64,000 nt of DNA from an uncultured Gemmatimonadaceae bacterium (lineage in GTDB: Bacteria; Gemmatimonadota; Gemmatimonadetes; Gemmatimonadales; Gemmatimonadaceae). A program made the translations under genes and the position numbers. Shown here in pieces: positions 55,519-64,000 of the stretch; the first letter of the stretch is position 1, and every line of letters starts with the position of its first letter. The notes below the pieces were generated by a model that saw only the letters and a list, made by a program, of their open reading frames with translations, ran no database searches and was not told where the DNA came from. The stretch lies in assembly GCA_963740355.1 (NCBI GenBank), contig CAVUDW010000003.1, forward strand, positions 1,632,001-1,696,000, written 5' to 3'.

Positions 55519-56193
55519 TCACGCGCCAGTCAGCACGCTCCACCCGAGCATCACGCCCACCACGGTGCTCGCGGTCGCGGCGGCGATACGAATCGACATC
55601 GCCCAGTGTTTGCTCTTCGCGATGGCCATCCCGGCCAATCCGCTGACCAGCAACGACACCACGCTCATGCCACCGATCGTGCCGACGCCGAACGCCAACA
55701 GGTAGGCGAACTGCGCGCGCAAGGTCGATGCGGCGGCCACCAGCAGCACGATCACCGCTCCGCTACCCGCCAAACCATGTGCGATGCCGAACCCGAAGGC
55801 GCCGCGCGCATTGCGGATCTTCTCGGGGTGCACATGGGCGATGTGCGCACTGTGCGCGTGGGCATGCGCATCTCCCAGTCCACCCCGATGCCGGCGCGCT
55901 TCCGCCACCAGCGTCGACACACCGAGCCCGATCAGCAAGGCCGCGATCGTCAACTCGAAGACGGCGTAGAAGGTCGGTGAGACCTTGATGCCGAGGATCG
56001 TTATCACGACCGTGACCAGCGCGACGCTGGCGGTGTGTCCGGCGCCCCATGCCAATCCAAGCGTCGCGGCTGAACGCCAGCCGCGCTCGCGCGACGCCAG
56101 CATGCTCACTGCGGCGAGATGATCGGGCTCGAACGCGTGGCGAAAGCCGATCAGGAAACCGATGCCCACGAAGGCGACGAAGCCGAAGTTCAT
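55519..56193 (-). CDS. Nickel/cobalt transporter (UreH/NiCoT-like)
   Basis: RHAFEPDH, WG.GH, His-rich loop and HGLAGSG; adjacent to hypF. Confidence 0.85.
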   Translation of the reverse strand: MNFGFVAFVGIGFLIGFRHAFEPDHLAAVSMLASRERGWRSAATLGLAWGAGHTASVALVTVVITILGIKVSPTFYAVFELTIAALLIGLGVSTLVAEARRHRGGLGDAHAHAHSAHIAHVHPEKIRNARGAFGFGIAHGLAGSGAVIVLLVAAASTLRAQFAYLLAFGVGTIGGMSVVSLLVSGLAGMAIAKSKHWAMSIRIAAATASTVVGVMLGWSVLTGA

Positions 56194-58511
56194 GTGCGCA
56201 CCGGCATCGCGGCGATCATCGCCTGGCCAAGGGCCAGACCGCCGTCGTTGGGTGGCACGCGGCGATGTGTCAGGACCGTGAATCCCGATTGCCGCAGGCG
56301 GCGCACAGCGAGCGTGAGCAACAGCACATTCTGGAACACGCCACCGGTCAACCCCACCACCACGGTGCCCGTCGTTTCGCGCACGCGGCGCGCCACGGTC
56401 ACGATCGCGTCGGCCAGTGCGCTATGGACGTCGAGTGCGATACTGCGGCGATCACGCCCTTGGGTCAGGTCCTGCAGCAGGACGGTCCAGAAGTCTTCGA
56501 GAACGAGGTGCATGGGACCGGAATCGGGCTGATTGAGTGAAATGACGTAACGGCCCCCGAACCCGATTGGTGCCCGCATCGCCAGCGCCTCGAACTCGAT
56601 GGCCGCCTGCCCCTCGTAGCTCACCGACTGTCGAACATCGCAGAGAGCGGCACAGGCATCCAGCAAGCGGCCGGCGGAGGTTGTGACAGCCGTTTGCAAA
56701 CCCTTCACCAGCTGTTGCCTGAGCACGCGACGCGCTTCGTCGCCCAGCGCCTGCACCGGGGCCAAAGCGCTGCTCCACGGGAGCCCCGCTGACTGCAGAT
56801 GCGCCAGCGCGACCCGCGACGGATGCCGCACCGCAGCATCCCCGCCCGCCAGCTGCGTCGGCGCGATGTGCGCCACCCGCTCGAAGCCATGATAGTCAGC
56901 CAGCAGGAATTCACCGCCCCAGATCGTGCCATCGGTGCCAAAGCCCGTGCCGTCGAACGCCACGCCAAGAACGCGCTCCCTGCCACGCAGCCCATGCTCG
57001 GCCATCAGCGATGCCACATGCGCATGATGATGCTGCACCCGTCGTAGCGACAACCCGCGTTCGGCCGCGAAGCGTGACGCCCAGACGGTGCTGCGATAAG
57101 CAGGACTCAGGTCCGCCGCCACGATCTGCGGTCGCACACCGAACAGTTGCTGCAGGTGCACCACCGTGCGCGTCATCGCGCGTTCAGTCTCGAGGTTCTC
57201 GACGTCGCCGATGTGTGGTGACAGAAACGCATACGCATCGCGCGTCAGGCAGACCGTCGCCTTCAATTCGCCGCCAACCGCGAGCACCGACGGCACGCTC
57301 ACAGGCAGGGAGACGGGATACGGCGCGTAGCCGCGGGAACGGCGGATCGGCAGGTCGTCGCCAATCGCCACGCGCATGACTGAATCATCGGCCGGAGCGT
57401 GGATCGGGCGATCGTGCCACAACACGCCGTCCACCAATCCGGCGAATCGCGCGAACGCATCGTCGGGCGTGAATGCGATCGGTTCGTCCGCCAGGTTGCC
57501 GGATGTGAACACCAACGCTCCTGCCGCAGTGAGCAGCTGATGCAGCGGTGAGTAGGCGAGCATCACCCCGATCGTGTCGTGGCCAGGTGCGACCGGCGCC
57601 GCCAGCGGTGCATCGGCGCGGCGTGACAACAGCACGATGGGATGCGCAGGCGACTCGAGCAACACTGCTTCCGCACCTGAAATCGTCGCAATGCTGCGCG
57701 CGATCTCCAGTGAGCCAACCAAGACCGCCAACGGCTTGTCCGGCCGATGTTTGCGTGTGCGCAGCAGCTGAACGGCGCGATCATCATCGGCACGGCAGGC
57801 GAGGTGGAAGCCGCCGATCCCCTGCACCGCGATGATCTCGCCACGTCCCAGCGCATCGATCGCCTGATCGGCCGCCGCGGCATCACGTGCTTCCATGACC
57901 CCGGAAACTCCTGCGCACCACGCCAATCGCGGTCCGCAGGCCGGGCAGGCGTTCGGCTGCGCATGGTAGCGACGGTCAGCAGGATCGTGATACTCCCGCG
58001 CACAGTTCGGACACATCGTGAAGCCAGCCATCGTGGTGCGCGCGCGGTCGTAGGGCAACGCCGTCACGATGGTGTAGCGGGGCCCACAATTGGTGCAGTT
58101 GATGAACGGGTAGCGAAACCGACGATCAGCGGGATCGCGCAACTCGCGGAGACAGTCGGCACAGGTCGCGACATCCGGTGCGACCGGTGTGACCTGCGCC
58201 GCGTTTTCTCGACTGGCGACGATCACGAAACCCTGTGCCCCGGTGACCGGCAGTGCCGTGGCGTCTATCGACTCGATGCGCGCCAGGGGCGGTGCGTCCG
58301 CCCGCAAGGCTTCGAGGAAGGCCTCGAGCGCGATGGTTGATCCCTCCACCTCGATGAACACGCCATCGGAATCGTTGCCGACCAGCCCCGCCAGTTCGAG
58401 CCGCGAGGCAAGCCCGTGAACGAATGGCCTGAACCCAACGCCCTGGACACCGCCACGCAAGCGCACGGCGCACCGCGCGATCGGTGCGGATTCAGAGGTC
58501 GTGGCTGGCAT
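56190..58511 (-). CDS. hypF: Hydrogenase maturation carbamoyltransferase HypF
   Basis: GVQGVGFRPF acylphosphatase domain, zinc fingers CADC / NCTNCGPRY, QHHHAH, DGTGFG.DGTIWGGE and PPNDGG. Confidence 0.97.
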   Translation of the reverse strand: MPATTSESAPIARCAVRLRGGVQGVGFRPFVHGLASRLELAGLVGNDSDGVFIEVEGSTIALEAFLEALRADAPPLARIESIDATALPVTGAQGFVIVASRENAAQVTPVAPDVATCADCLRELRDPADRRFRYPFINCTNCGPRYTIVTALPYDRARTTMAGFTMCPNCAREYHDPADRRYHAQPNACPACGPRLAWCAGVSGVMEARDAAAADQAIDALGRGEIIAVQGIGGFHLACRADDDRAVQLLRTRKHRPDKPLAVLVGSLEIARSIATISGAEAVLLESPAHPIVLLSRRADAPLAAPVAPGHDTIGVMLAYSPLHQLLTAAGALVFTSGNLADEPIAFTPDDAFARFAGLVDGVLWHDRPIHAPADDSVMRVAIGDDLPIRRSRGYAPYPVSLPVSVPSVLAVGGELKATVCLTRDAYAFLSPHIGDVENLETERAMTRTVVHLQQLFGVRPQIVAADLSPAYRSTVWASRFAAERGLSLRRVQHHHAHVASLMAEHGLRGRERVLGVAFDGTGFGTDGTIWGGEFLLADYHGFERVAHIAPTQLAGGDAAVRHPSRVALAHLQSAGLPWSSALAPVQALGDEARRVLRQQLVKGLQTAVTTSAGRLLDACAALCDVRQSVSYEGQAAIEFEALAMRAPIGFGGRYVISLNQPDSGPMHLVLEDFWTVLLQDLTQGRDRRSIALDVHSALADAIVTVARRVRETTGTVVVGLTGGVFQNVLLLTLAVRRLRQSGFTVLTHRRVPPNDGGLALGQAMIAAMPVRT

Positions 58512-58636
58512 GGCGTCAGTCTGAGGCAGGGGGAATCCGTCAGGAATAGCAACATCGCGCTATAACACGCCGCCGTCCCCTCGAATACCGTAACGGACCA
58601 TCGCAGGCATCCCGGCAGGCACGGAGAGACACAATC

Positions 58637-59476
58637 ATGGCGTTCGCGCTCGCAGACGGGAACACGGAACGGCAGGAACAGCTGCTGGCGCGGCTGTCCG
58701 ACCCGCAAACCGTCGAGTCACTGAACAAGTTGCTCGACCGCATGGACATCATCGTGTTCGCCGTCGAGGCGCTCGATGGGTTCCTCGGCAGGGCGGACAC
58801 GATCGCCGACAACGTCGCCAACTCGGTGGGTGACCTTCGCACCCTGATGAGCGAGTCGGGGACCAATGGCCTGCTCGAGAAGCTGCCGCAACTGGCGCGG
58901 GCCGGCGCGCAGGTCGCTGACATCTCGGCAACACCAGCGTTCCAGCGCCTCGCGACCTCGGGATTGATTGACCAGCTCGGTGATCCCAAAACCATCGAGA
59001 CACTGCGGGCGCTGATCGGGAAGCTGGAGATGGCGGCCTTCGCGCTTGAATCGGTGGATGGATTCCTGCGGCGCGGAGACGAGATCGCCGACGGCCTCGC
59101 CGAGGGGGTGAACGACCTCCGCGGTGCCGGTGCGACGATCAACATGGTGGAAATGAAGCGGACGCTGGAGTCGTTGCCGAAGCTGGTGCAGGCCGGCAAC
59201 GAGTTGGTGGAATCCGGCATCCTCGACTCCGTGCCCAAGCTCGTCAATGCCGGTAACGAGCTGGTGTCGTCAGGCATTCTCGACCCCGTCGTGGTCGGGC
59301 AGCTGGCGGAAGTGGGGCATCTCTTTGCGAGTGCCTACAACACCGCCAAGGAAACGCACCCCAAGCAGCATGGTACACTTGGCCTGGCGCTGAAGCTGCG
59401 GGATCCGGACATCAACCGTGCCTTCAACTTCGCGCTTCGCCTCGCAAAGGCCTTCGGCCAGAACCTGAACAAGTAG
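58637..59476 (+). CDS. DUF1641-like helical protein with internal repeats
   Basis: C-terminal GLALKLRDPDINRA; repeated DGFL.R.D.IAD segments. Confidence 0.7.
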   Translation: MAFALADGNTERQEQLLARLSDPQTVESLNKLLDRMDIIVFAVEALDGFLGRADTIADNVANSVGDLRTLMSESGTNGLLEKLPQLARAGAQVADISATPAFQRLATSGLIDQLGDPKTIETLRALIGKLEMAAFALESVDGFLRRGDEIADGLAEGVNDLRGAGATINMVEMKRTLESLPKLVQAGNELVESGILDSVPKLVNAGNELVSSGILDPVVVGQLAEVGHLFASAYNTAKETHPKQHGTLGLALKLRDPDINRAFNFALRLAKAFGQNLNK

Positions 59477-59486
59477 CCCACCGCGC

Positions 59487-59834
59487 ATGCACGAGTTGGG
59501 AATGGCTCGCGGGATCGTGGATCTCGCGAATACGGCGGCGTCGGAAGCCTCGGCGCCACGCGTCACGGCGGTGCACGTGAAAGTGGGGCGCCTGGCCGGA
59601 GTCGAGGCCGGCGCCCTTCTGTTTTCCTTTGATATTGCCGCCGAGGGGACGCGCGTCGAAGGCGCGCGCCTCGTGATCGAGGATGTGGCGGTGGCGATCT
59701 GGTGCGTCCCGTGCAATGCTCAACGGGAGCTGGCCGGTGTACAACGCTTCCGCTGCCCGGTTTGCGACACCCCCAGCGGTGACATTCGCCGCGGCAAGGA
59801 ACTGGAAGTCTCTTCGATCGAGGTCGAATCGTGA
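59487..59834 (+). CDS. hypA: Hydrogenase maturation nickel metallochaperone HypA
   Basis: MHE start, C..C...CP.C and G.EL.V.SIEV. Confidence 0.97.
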   Translation: MHELGMARGIVDLANTAASEASAPRVTAVHVKVGRLAGVEAGALLFSFDIAAEGTRVEGARLVIEDVAVAIWCVPCNAQRELAGVQRFRCPVCDTPSGDIRRGKELEVSSIEVES

Positions 59835-60532
59835 CGAGCACGCGTATCGTGGAAGTCCGCGCCGGGATCCTGAAGAAGAATGACGAACTGGCGCGTACCC
59901 TCCGCCAGCGGTTCGAGGATGCGGGCGTCTATGCGATCAACCTCGTCTCGAGCCCCGGTACCGGAAAGACGGCGCTTCTCGAGCGGACCATGCGCGAGCT
60001 GATCGCGAGCGGCGCGCGCGTAGCGGCTCTGGTCGGCGATCTCGAGACCGACAACGATGCCCAGCGCCTCGCACGCAGTGGCGCGGCCGTGAATCAGATC
60101 AACACCCATGGGCGCTGCCACCTCGAGGCGGAGATGCTGAACGAATACCTCGACGCGTGGGATCTCTCGGAAATCGACTATCTCTTCATCGAGAACGTCG
60201 GCAACCTGGTTTGCCCCTCGAGTTATGACCTGGGCGAGGCGACGCGGGTGGTGTTGCTCTCGGTGACGGAGGGCGAGGACAAGCCGCTCAAGTACCCGAC
60301 GATCTTCAACTCCGCCGACGTGGCGGTGATCACCAAGATGGACCTCGCGATCCCCTGTGATTTCGACGCGGCGGCGGCCCACGCCTCGATCGAATCGGTG
60401 CGACCGGGCATGCAGATTCTCGAGCTGTCCTCGAAGAGTGGTGCTGGCATGCAGGCGTGGATCGAGACCCTGGTCGCTGGCCGGCAACGATCACTGCGTG
60501 ACCGTGGCGTCGCCGCGCACGCGCCAGCGTGA
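59831..60532 (+). CDS. hypB: Hydrogenase nickel incorporation GTPase HypB
   Basis: SSPGTGKT, CHL, ENVGNLVCP and EGEDKPLKYP. Confidence 0.97.
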   Translation: MTSTRIVEVRAGILKKNDELARTLRQRFEDAGVYAINLVSSPGTGKTALLERTMRELIASGARVAALVGDLETDNDAQRLARSGAAVNQINTHGRCHLEAEMLNEYLDAWDLSEIDYLFIENVGNLVCPSSYDLGEATRVVLLSVTEGEDKPLKYPTIFNSADVAVITKMDLAIPCDFDAAAAHASIESVRPGMQILELSSKSGAGMQAWIETLVAGRQRSLRDRGVAAHAPA

Positions 60533-62257
60533 CGTCACCGCCTGTGGAGTCGCGGGTGCGTATCCCGCTGTCACCCGCCGAACCCACTGCTGCGGCCACC
60601 GTCACGGCGGTCATCGAGGCGCTCTACGATTGTGCACGAGCCACCGTGCTCGAGCCCGACGCGCTCGCGCTGACCGGCGTGCTCTCGACCGCACTCGAGC
60701 GAACCTTCCGCGCCGATGACGTGATCGTGGCCGCGATCGTGGACAGCGAAATCACGGCCATGTCTCGCGTCAGGCGGCATCTGCTGGTGCCGTCGCCAGA
60801 GCTCACGCACAAGCGAACTCGCCTTCCTGCAGTGGATCATCCAGCAGCGGCAGCCATTCACCGGGCACCTCGATGGCGGTCGCATGTCGAGCGCGCCCGA
60901 TGTGCCGTGGGACAACGTGGTGACGGTGCCCGCGCTGCATCATCAGGGGCATCCGGTGGCGCTGTTGCTGGTCGCCAATCGCCGCACGCCGAGCCGCTTT
61001 GGCACACCCGACGTGCGCGTCCTCGAGACGATCGCACAGCACGCCGCGGTGGCCTTCGATCGTGCGCAACTCCTCGGGCAACTCGACAGCTGGGCACGCG
61101 GCCTGGAGGCACTGTTCAAGTTCAGTGCGGCAGTTGGCCACGAACGTGATCCAGTGATCCTGGTGCGCGACATGGCGGAACATGCCGCACGCCTGCTGAA
61201 GGCCGATGGCGGGCAAGGCGGACTCGCGGTGCTGGGTGATCGCGCGGGCGAGCTGGTGATGGAATCCAGCGCCTACTGGAGCGATGGCCAGTGGATCGAG
61301 CGCGCGCGCCGCTGGCCGAAGCACATCGGCATTCCTGGCGTCGTGCTCGAGACGGAATTCCCCTATCTCGCCGCCGACTATCCCAATGATCCGGCGCGGG
61401 AAGCGCCCGACGATGCGCCGGATATCGCGTACGCCATCGCCGTGCCCATCAAGAATGCGACCGATGACGTACTCGGCTTCTTCGAGCTGCACCGACGCGG
61501 GGCGAATGGTGCCTTCAGCTGGCAGGACGCCGCCTTTCTCGAGTCGGTGGCCAACATGACCGCGGTGGCGATCGAGAACGCCCGCCTCGGCGCCGCACTC
61601 GCCCTCAAGAACGATGAAGTCCGCGCCCTCTCCGCGCGGCATGTCACGCGGCTCGAGCAGGAGCGCCAGCACATCGCGCGCGAGCTCCACGACGAAGCCG
61701 GCCAGGCCCTGGTAGGGGTGAAGCTTTCGCTGCAGGCCATGGGCCGGCTGGTGCCGGGTGAGGTGCCCGCGCTGCGGGAACAGCTCACTCACCTGCGTAC
61801 GCAAGTGAACGACGCCGCCACACGCCTCAAGGTGCTCGCACGCCGCCTCCGTCCACCGACGCTCGACCGACTTGGCCTCGACATGGCGCTGCAGCAGCTC
61901 GCGCACGAGAGCAGCGAACACTTCGGGTTCGAGGTCCGCCTGCTCATGCACTGGCTGCAGGAACGGCTGCCAGCCGAGTTGGAGACGGCGCTCTTTCGCA
62001 TCACCCAGGAGGCGTTGACGAACGTGGCCGCGCATGCGGAGGCCGCCATCGTCGAAATCCACGTCGAAGTCCGGGACGGCGCGATCGTCACCCTGTGCAT
62101 CTCCGACGACGGGATCGGCTTTGACACCACCGAGCGCTCCACCGGCCTCGGGCTGCTCGGCATGCGTGAGCGCGTGAGCATGCTCGGCGGGGAGTTTTCG
62201 GTGCACTCGCGTCCCACAGAGGGCACCACCATTCGCGTGACGGTGCCAGTCACATGA
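60529..62257 (+). CDS. Double-GAF sensor histidine kinase (HisKA_3), apparently frameshifted at about 60805-60812
   Basis: GTG start overlaps the hypB stop; plausible protein continues in the +1 frame (SELAFLQWIIQQRQPF); ERQHIARELHDEAGQ, QEALTN, DDGIGF and GLGL.GMRER. Confidence 0.8.
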
Positions 62258-62907
62258 TGCCGCGTCACACCGTGCTCGTGGTGGACGACCACGCGCTGGT
62301 CCGGCGTGGATTGATGTCGCTGCTGGCCAGTGACGGCCGCTACGCCGTCGTCGGCGAGGCCAGCAATGGCGAAGCGGCGCTCGAATTGATCGAACGGTTC
62401 AAGCCGACGCTGGTGCTGCTGGATCTTTCGATGCCCAAGCTGGACGGCCTCGGCACGTTGCGGCGCTTGCGAAAGGTGCCGAGACGTCCGCGGATCCTCG
62501 TCCTCTCGATGTACGACGATGACCAGTTCGTGGCGCAGGCGCTCAGCGATGGGGCTGATGGCTATCTGCTGAAGGACGCCATGGACGACGAGCTGTTCGA
62601 GGCCATGGACGCGGTCGTCGCCGGCCATCGGTACCTGGCGTCCGGCATCAATCAGGTTCGCCTCGGCAATGTCTCGATACAATCGAGCGACCTGACATCG
62701 CGGGAGCGCGAGATCCTGCAGCTCATCGCCGATGGCCAGACGACGTCGCAAGCCGCAGAGCAGCTCGCGATTTCGCCACACACCGCGACCCGTCATCGTG
62801 CCAACCTGATGCGCAAGCTGGGTGTGCACAATCAGGCAGAACTCGTGCGCACAGCCGTGCAACGCGGGCTGATCGTGCTGGGCCGCACCAGCAGCGATCG
62901 CACATAG
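62254..62907 (+). CDS. NarL/LuxR family response regulator
   Basis: VDDH, LLDLSMP and GYLLK; LTSREREIL...HRANLMRKL. Confidence 0.95.
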   Translation: MMPRHTVLVVDDHALVRRGLMSLLASDGRYAVVGEASNGEAALELIERFKPTLVLLDLSMPKLDGLGTLRRLRKVPRRPRILVLSMYDDDQFVAQALSDGADGYLLKDAMDDELFEAMDAVVAGHRYLASGINQVRLGNVSIQSSDLTSREREILQLIADGQTTSQAAEQLAISPHTATRHRANLMRKLGVHNQAELVRTAVQRGLIVLGRTSSDRT

Positions 62908-63033
62908 CCCGCGAGGAATCGCAGCGTCAGGCGTTCCTGTAGCCTGAACTTGCTATTGTCGGTCGCTGCGCATCAGTCGATTGTCCCCCCGCGAGTATCA
63001 GGTAGCTAACTCGAAGGTTCGGGAGAGGACGCA

Positions 63034-64000
63034 ATGGCGACCGTGCTGTGGTTGCAGGGCGGAGCGTGTTCCGGAAACACGATGTCGTTTCTGAATGCCG
63101 AGGAACCGACTGCGGTCGACCTCGTGACGGATTTCGGTGTGGACCTGCTGTGGCATCCCTCGATCGGGATGGAAATGGGCGAGAATGCACAGCGCCTGTT
63201 CCACGATCTGGCATCGGGGAAGAAGCAGCTCGACATCTTCGTGTTCGAAGGCACCGTGATCCTCGGCCCGAATGGCACGGGACGCTTCAACATGTTTGCC
63301 GATCGGCCGATGAAGGATTGGGTGGCCGAATTGGCCGCGCAGGCCGGTGCTGTGGTCGCCCTTGGCGACTGCGCCTGTTGGGGCGGCATCCCAGCCACCG
63401 AGCCGAACCCGGTGGACAACGTCGGCCTGCAGTACCTGAAGCGGAAGCAGGGCGGATTCCTCGGCGCCGGTTTCGTGTCGAAGTGGGGGCTGCCGGTGAT
63501 CAACATCCCGGGCTGCCCCGCACACCCGGACTGGATCACGCAGATCCTCGTCGCCATTGCGGCTGGTCGCGCTGGCGACATCGCGCTCGACGAATTGCAG
63601 CGCCCGCAGACGTTCTTCAAGACGTTCACGCAGACGGGCTGCACGCGCGTGCAGTATTTCGAATACAAGCAGAGCACCGTGGAGTTCGGCCAGGGCACAC
63701 GCCAGGGCTGCCTGTTCTACGAAATGGGGTGTCGCGGCCCAATGACGCGCTCACCCTGCAATCGCATCCTCTGGAATCGCCAGTCCTCGAAGACTCGGGC
63801 CGGCATGCCGTGCACCGGGTGCACCGAGCCGGAGTTCCCGTTCCACGAGCTCAAGCCCGGCACCGTGTTCAAGACACAGAAGATCAGCGGCACCATCCCG
63901 AAGGAAGTGCCGACCGGGTCCGATCACGTGTCGTACATGGCGCATGCCGCGGCCGCACGTGTGGCAGCACCGAAGTGGTCCAAAGAAGACATGTTCGTCG
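63034..64000 (+). CDS. hupS: [NiFe]-hydrogenase small subunit, group 2a-like (runs off the window; absent from the ORF track)
   Basis: Translated by hand: MATVLWLQGGACSGNTMSFLNAEEP...GDCACWGG...IPGCPAHPDW...FTQTGCTR...GCLFYEMGCRGP.T.SPCN...PCTGCTEP; no Tat leader; RBS GAGAGGA. Confidence 0.92.
   Translation, partial: MATVLWLQGGACSGNTMSFLNAEEPTAVDLVTDFGVDLLWHPSIGMEMGENAQRLFHDLASGKKQLDIFVFEGTVILGPNGTGRFNMFADRPMKDWVAELAAQAGAVVALGDCACWGGIPATEPNPVDNVGLQYLKRKQGGFLGAGFVSKWGLPVINIPGCPAHPDWITQILVAIAAGRAGDIALDELQRPQTFFKTFTQTGCTRVQYFEYKQSTVEFGQGTRQGCLFYEMGCRGPMTRSPCNRILWNRQSSKTRAGMPCTGCTEPEFPFHELKPGTVFKTQKISGTIPKEVPTGSDHVSYMAHAAAARVAAPKWSKEDMFV

Overview
High-GC bacterial chromosomal window. Gene content and the many lipoproteins suggest Gemmatimonadota, which is an inference. 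From left to right it holds: (i) an mgtE fragment, EamA, SURF1 and DUF72; (ii) a translationally coupled minus-strand operon mntH-usp-mntR followed by a MacB/LolCDE-type ABC system in which one permease appears split and fused to an AttH/CrtC-like lipocalin domain; (iii) an N6-adenine methyltransferase plus SNF2-like helicase pair lying in a strongly C/A-skewed tract; (iv) the ligase-associated DNA-damage cluster (exonuclease, ATP-dependent ligase, Lhr-like helicase), whose usual fourth gene pdeM lies about 19 kb downstream; (v) in that gap, the most striking element: a TonB-dependent receptor followed by six tandem lipoproteins carrying about four cohesin-like domains, one dockerin-like domain, FN3/PKD modules, a beta-helix-like domain and an HExxH metallopeptidase, a candidate cellulosome-like surface complex coupled to outer-membrane uptake; (vi) a Ser/Thr kinase, peptidases, a 78-bp direct/inverted repeat array, an orphan imuA-like gene, a RelE/HTH toxin-antitoxin pair and BlaI/BlaR1; (vii) the start of a group 2a [NiFe]-hydrogenase locus (Ni transporter, hypF, hypA, hypB, double-GAF two-component system, small subunit). 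Two genes carry apparent +1 frameshifts. All domain calls come from motif recognition by eye; no searches were run.
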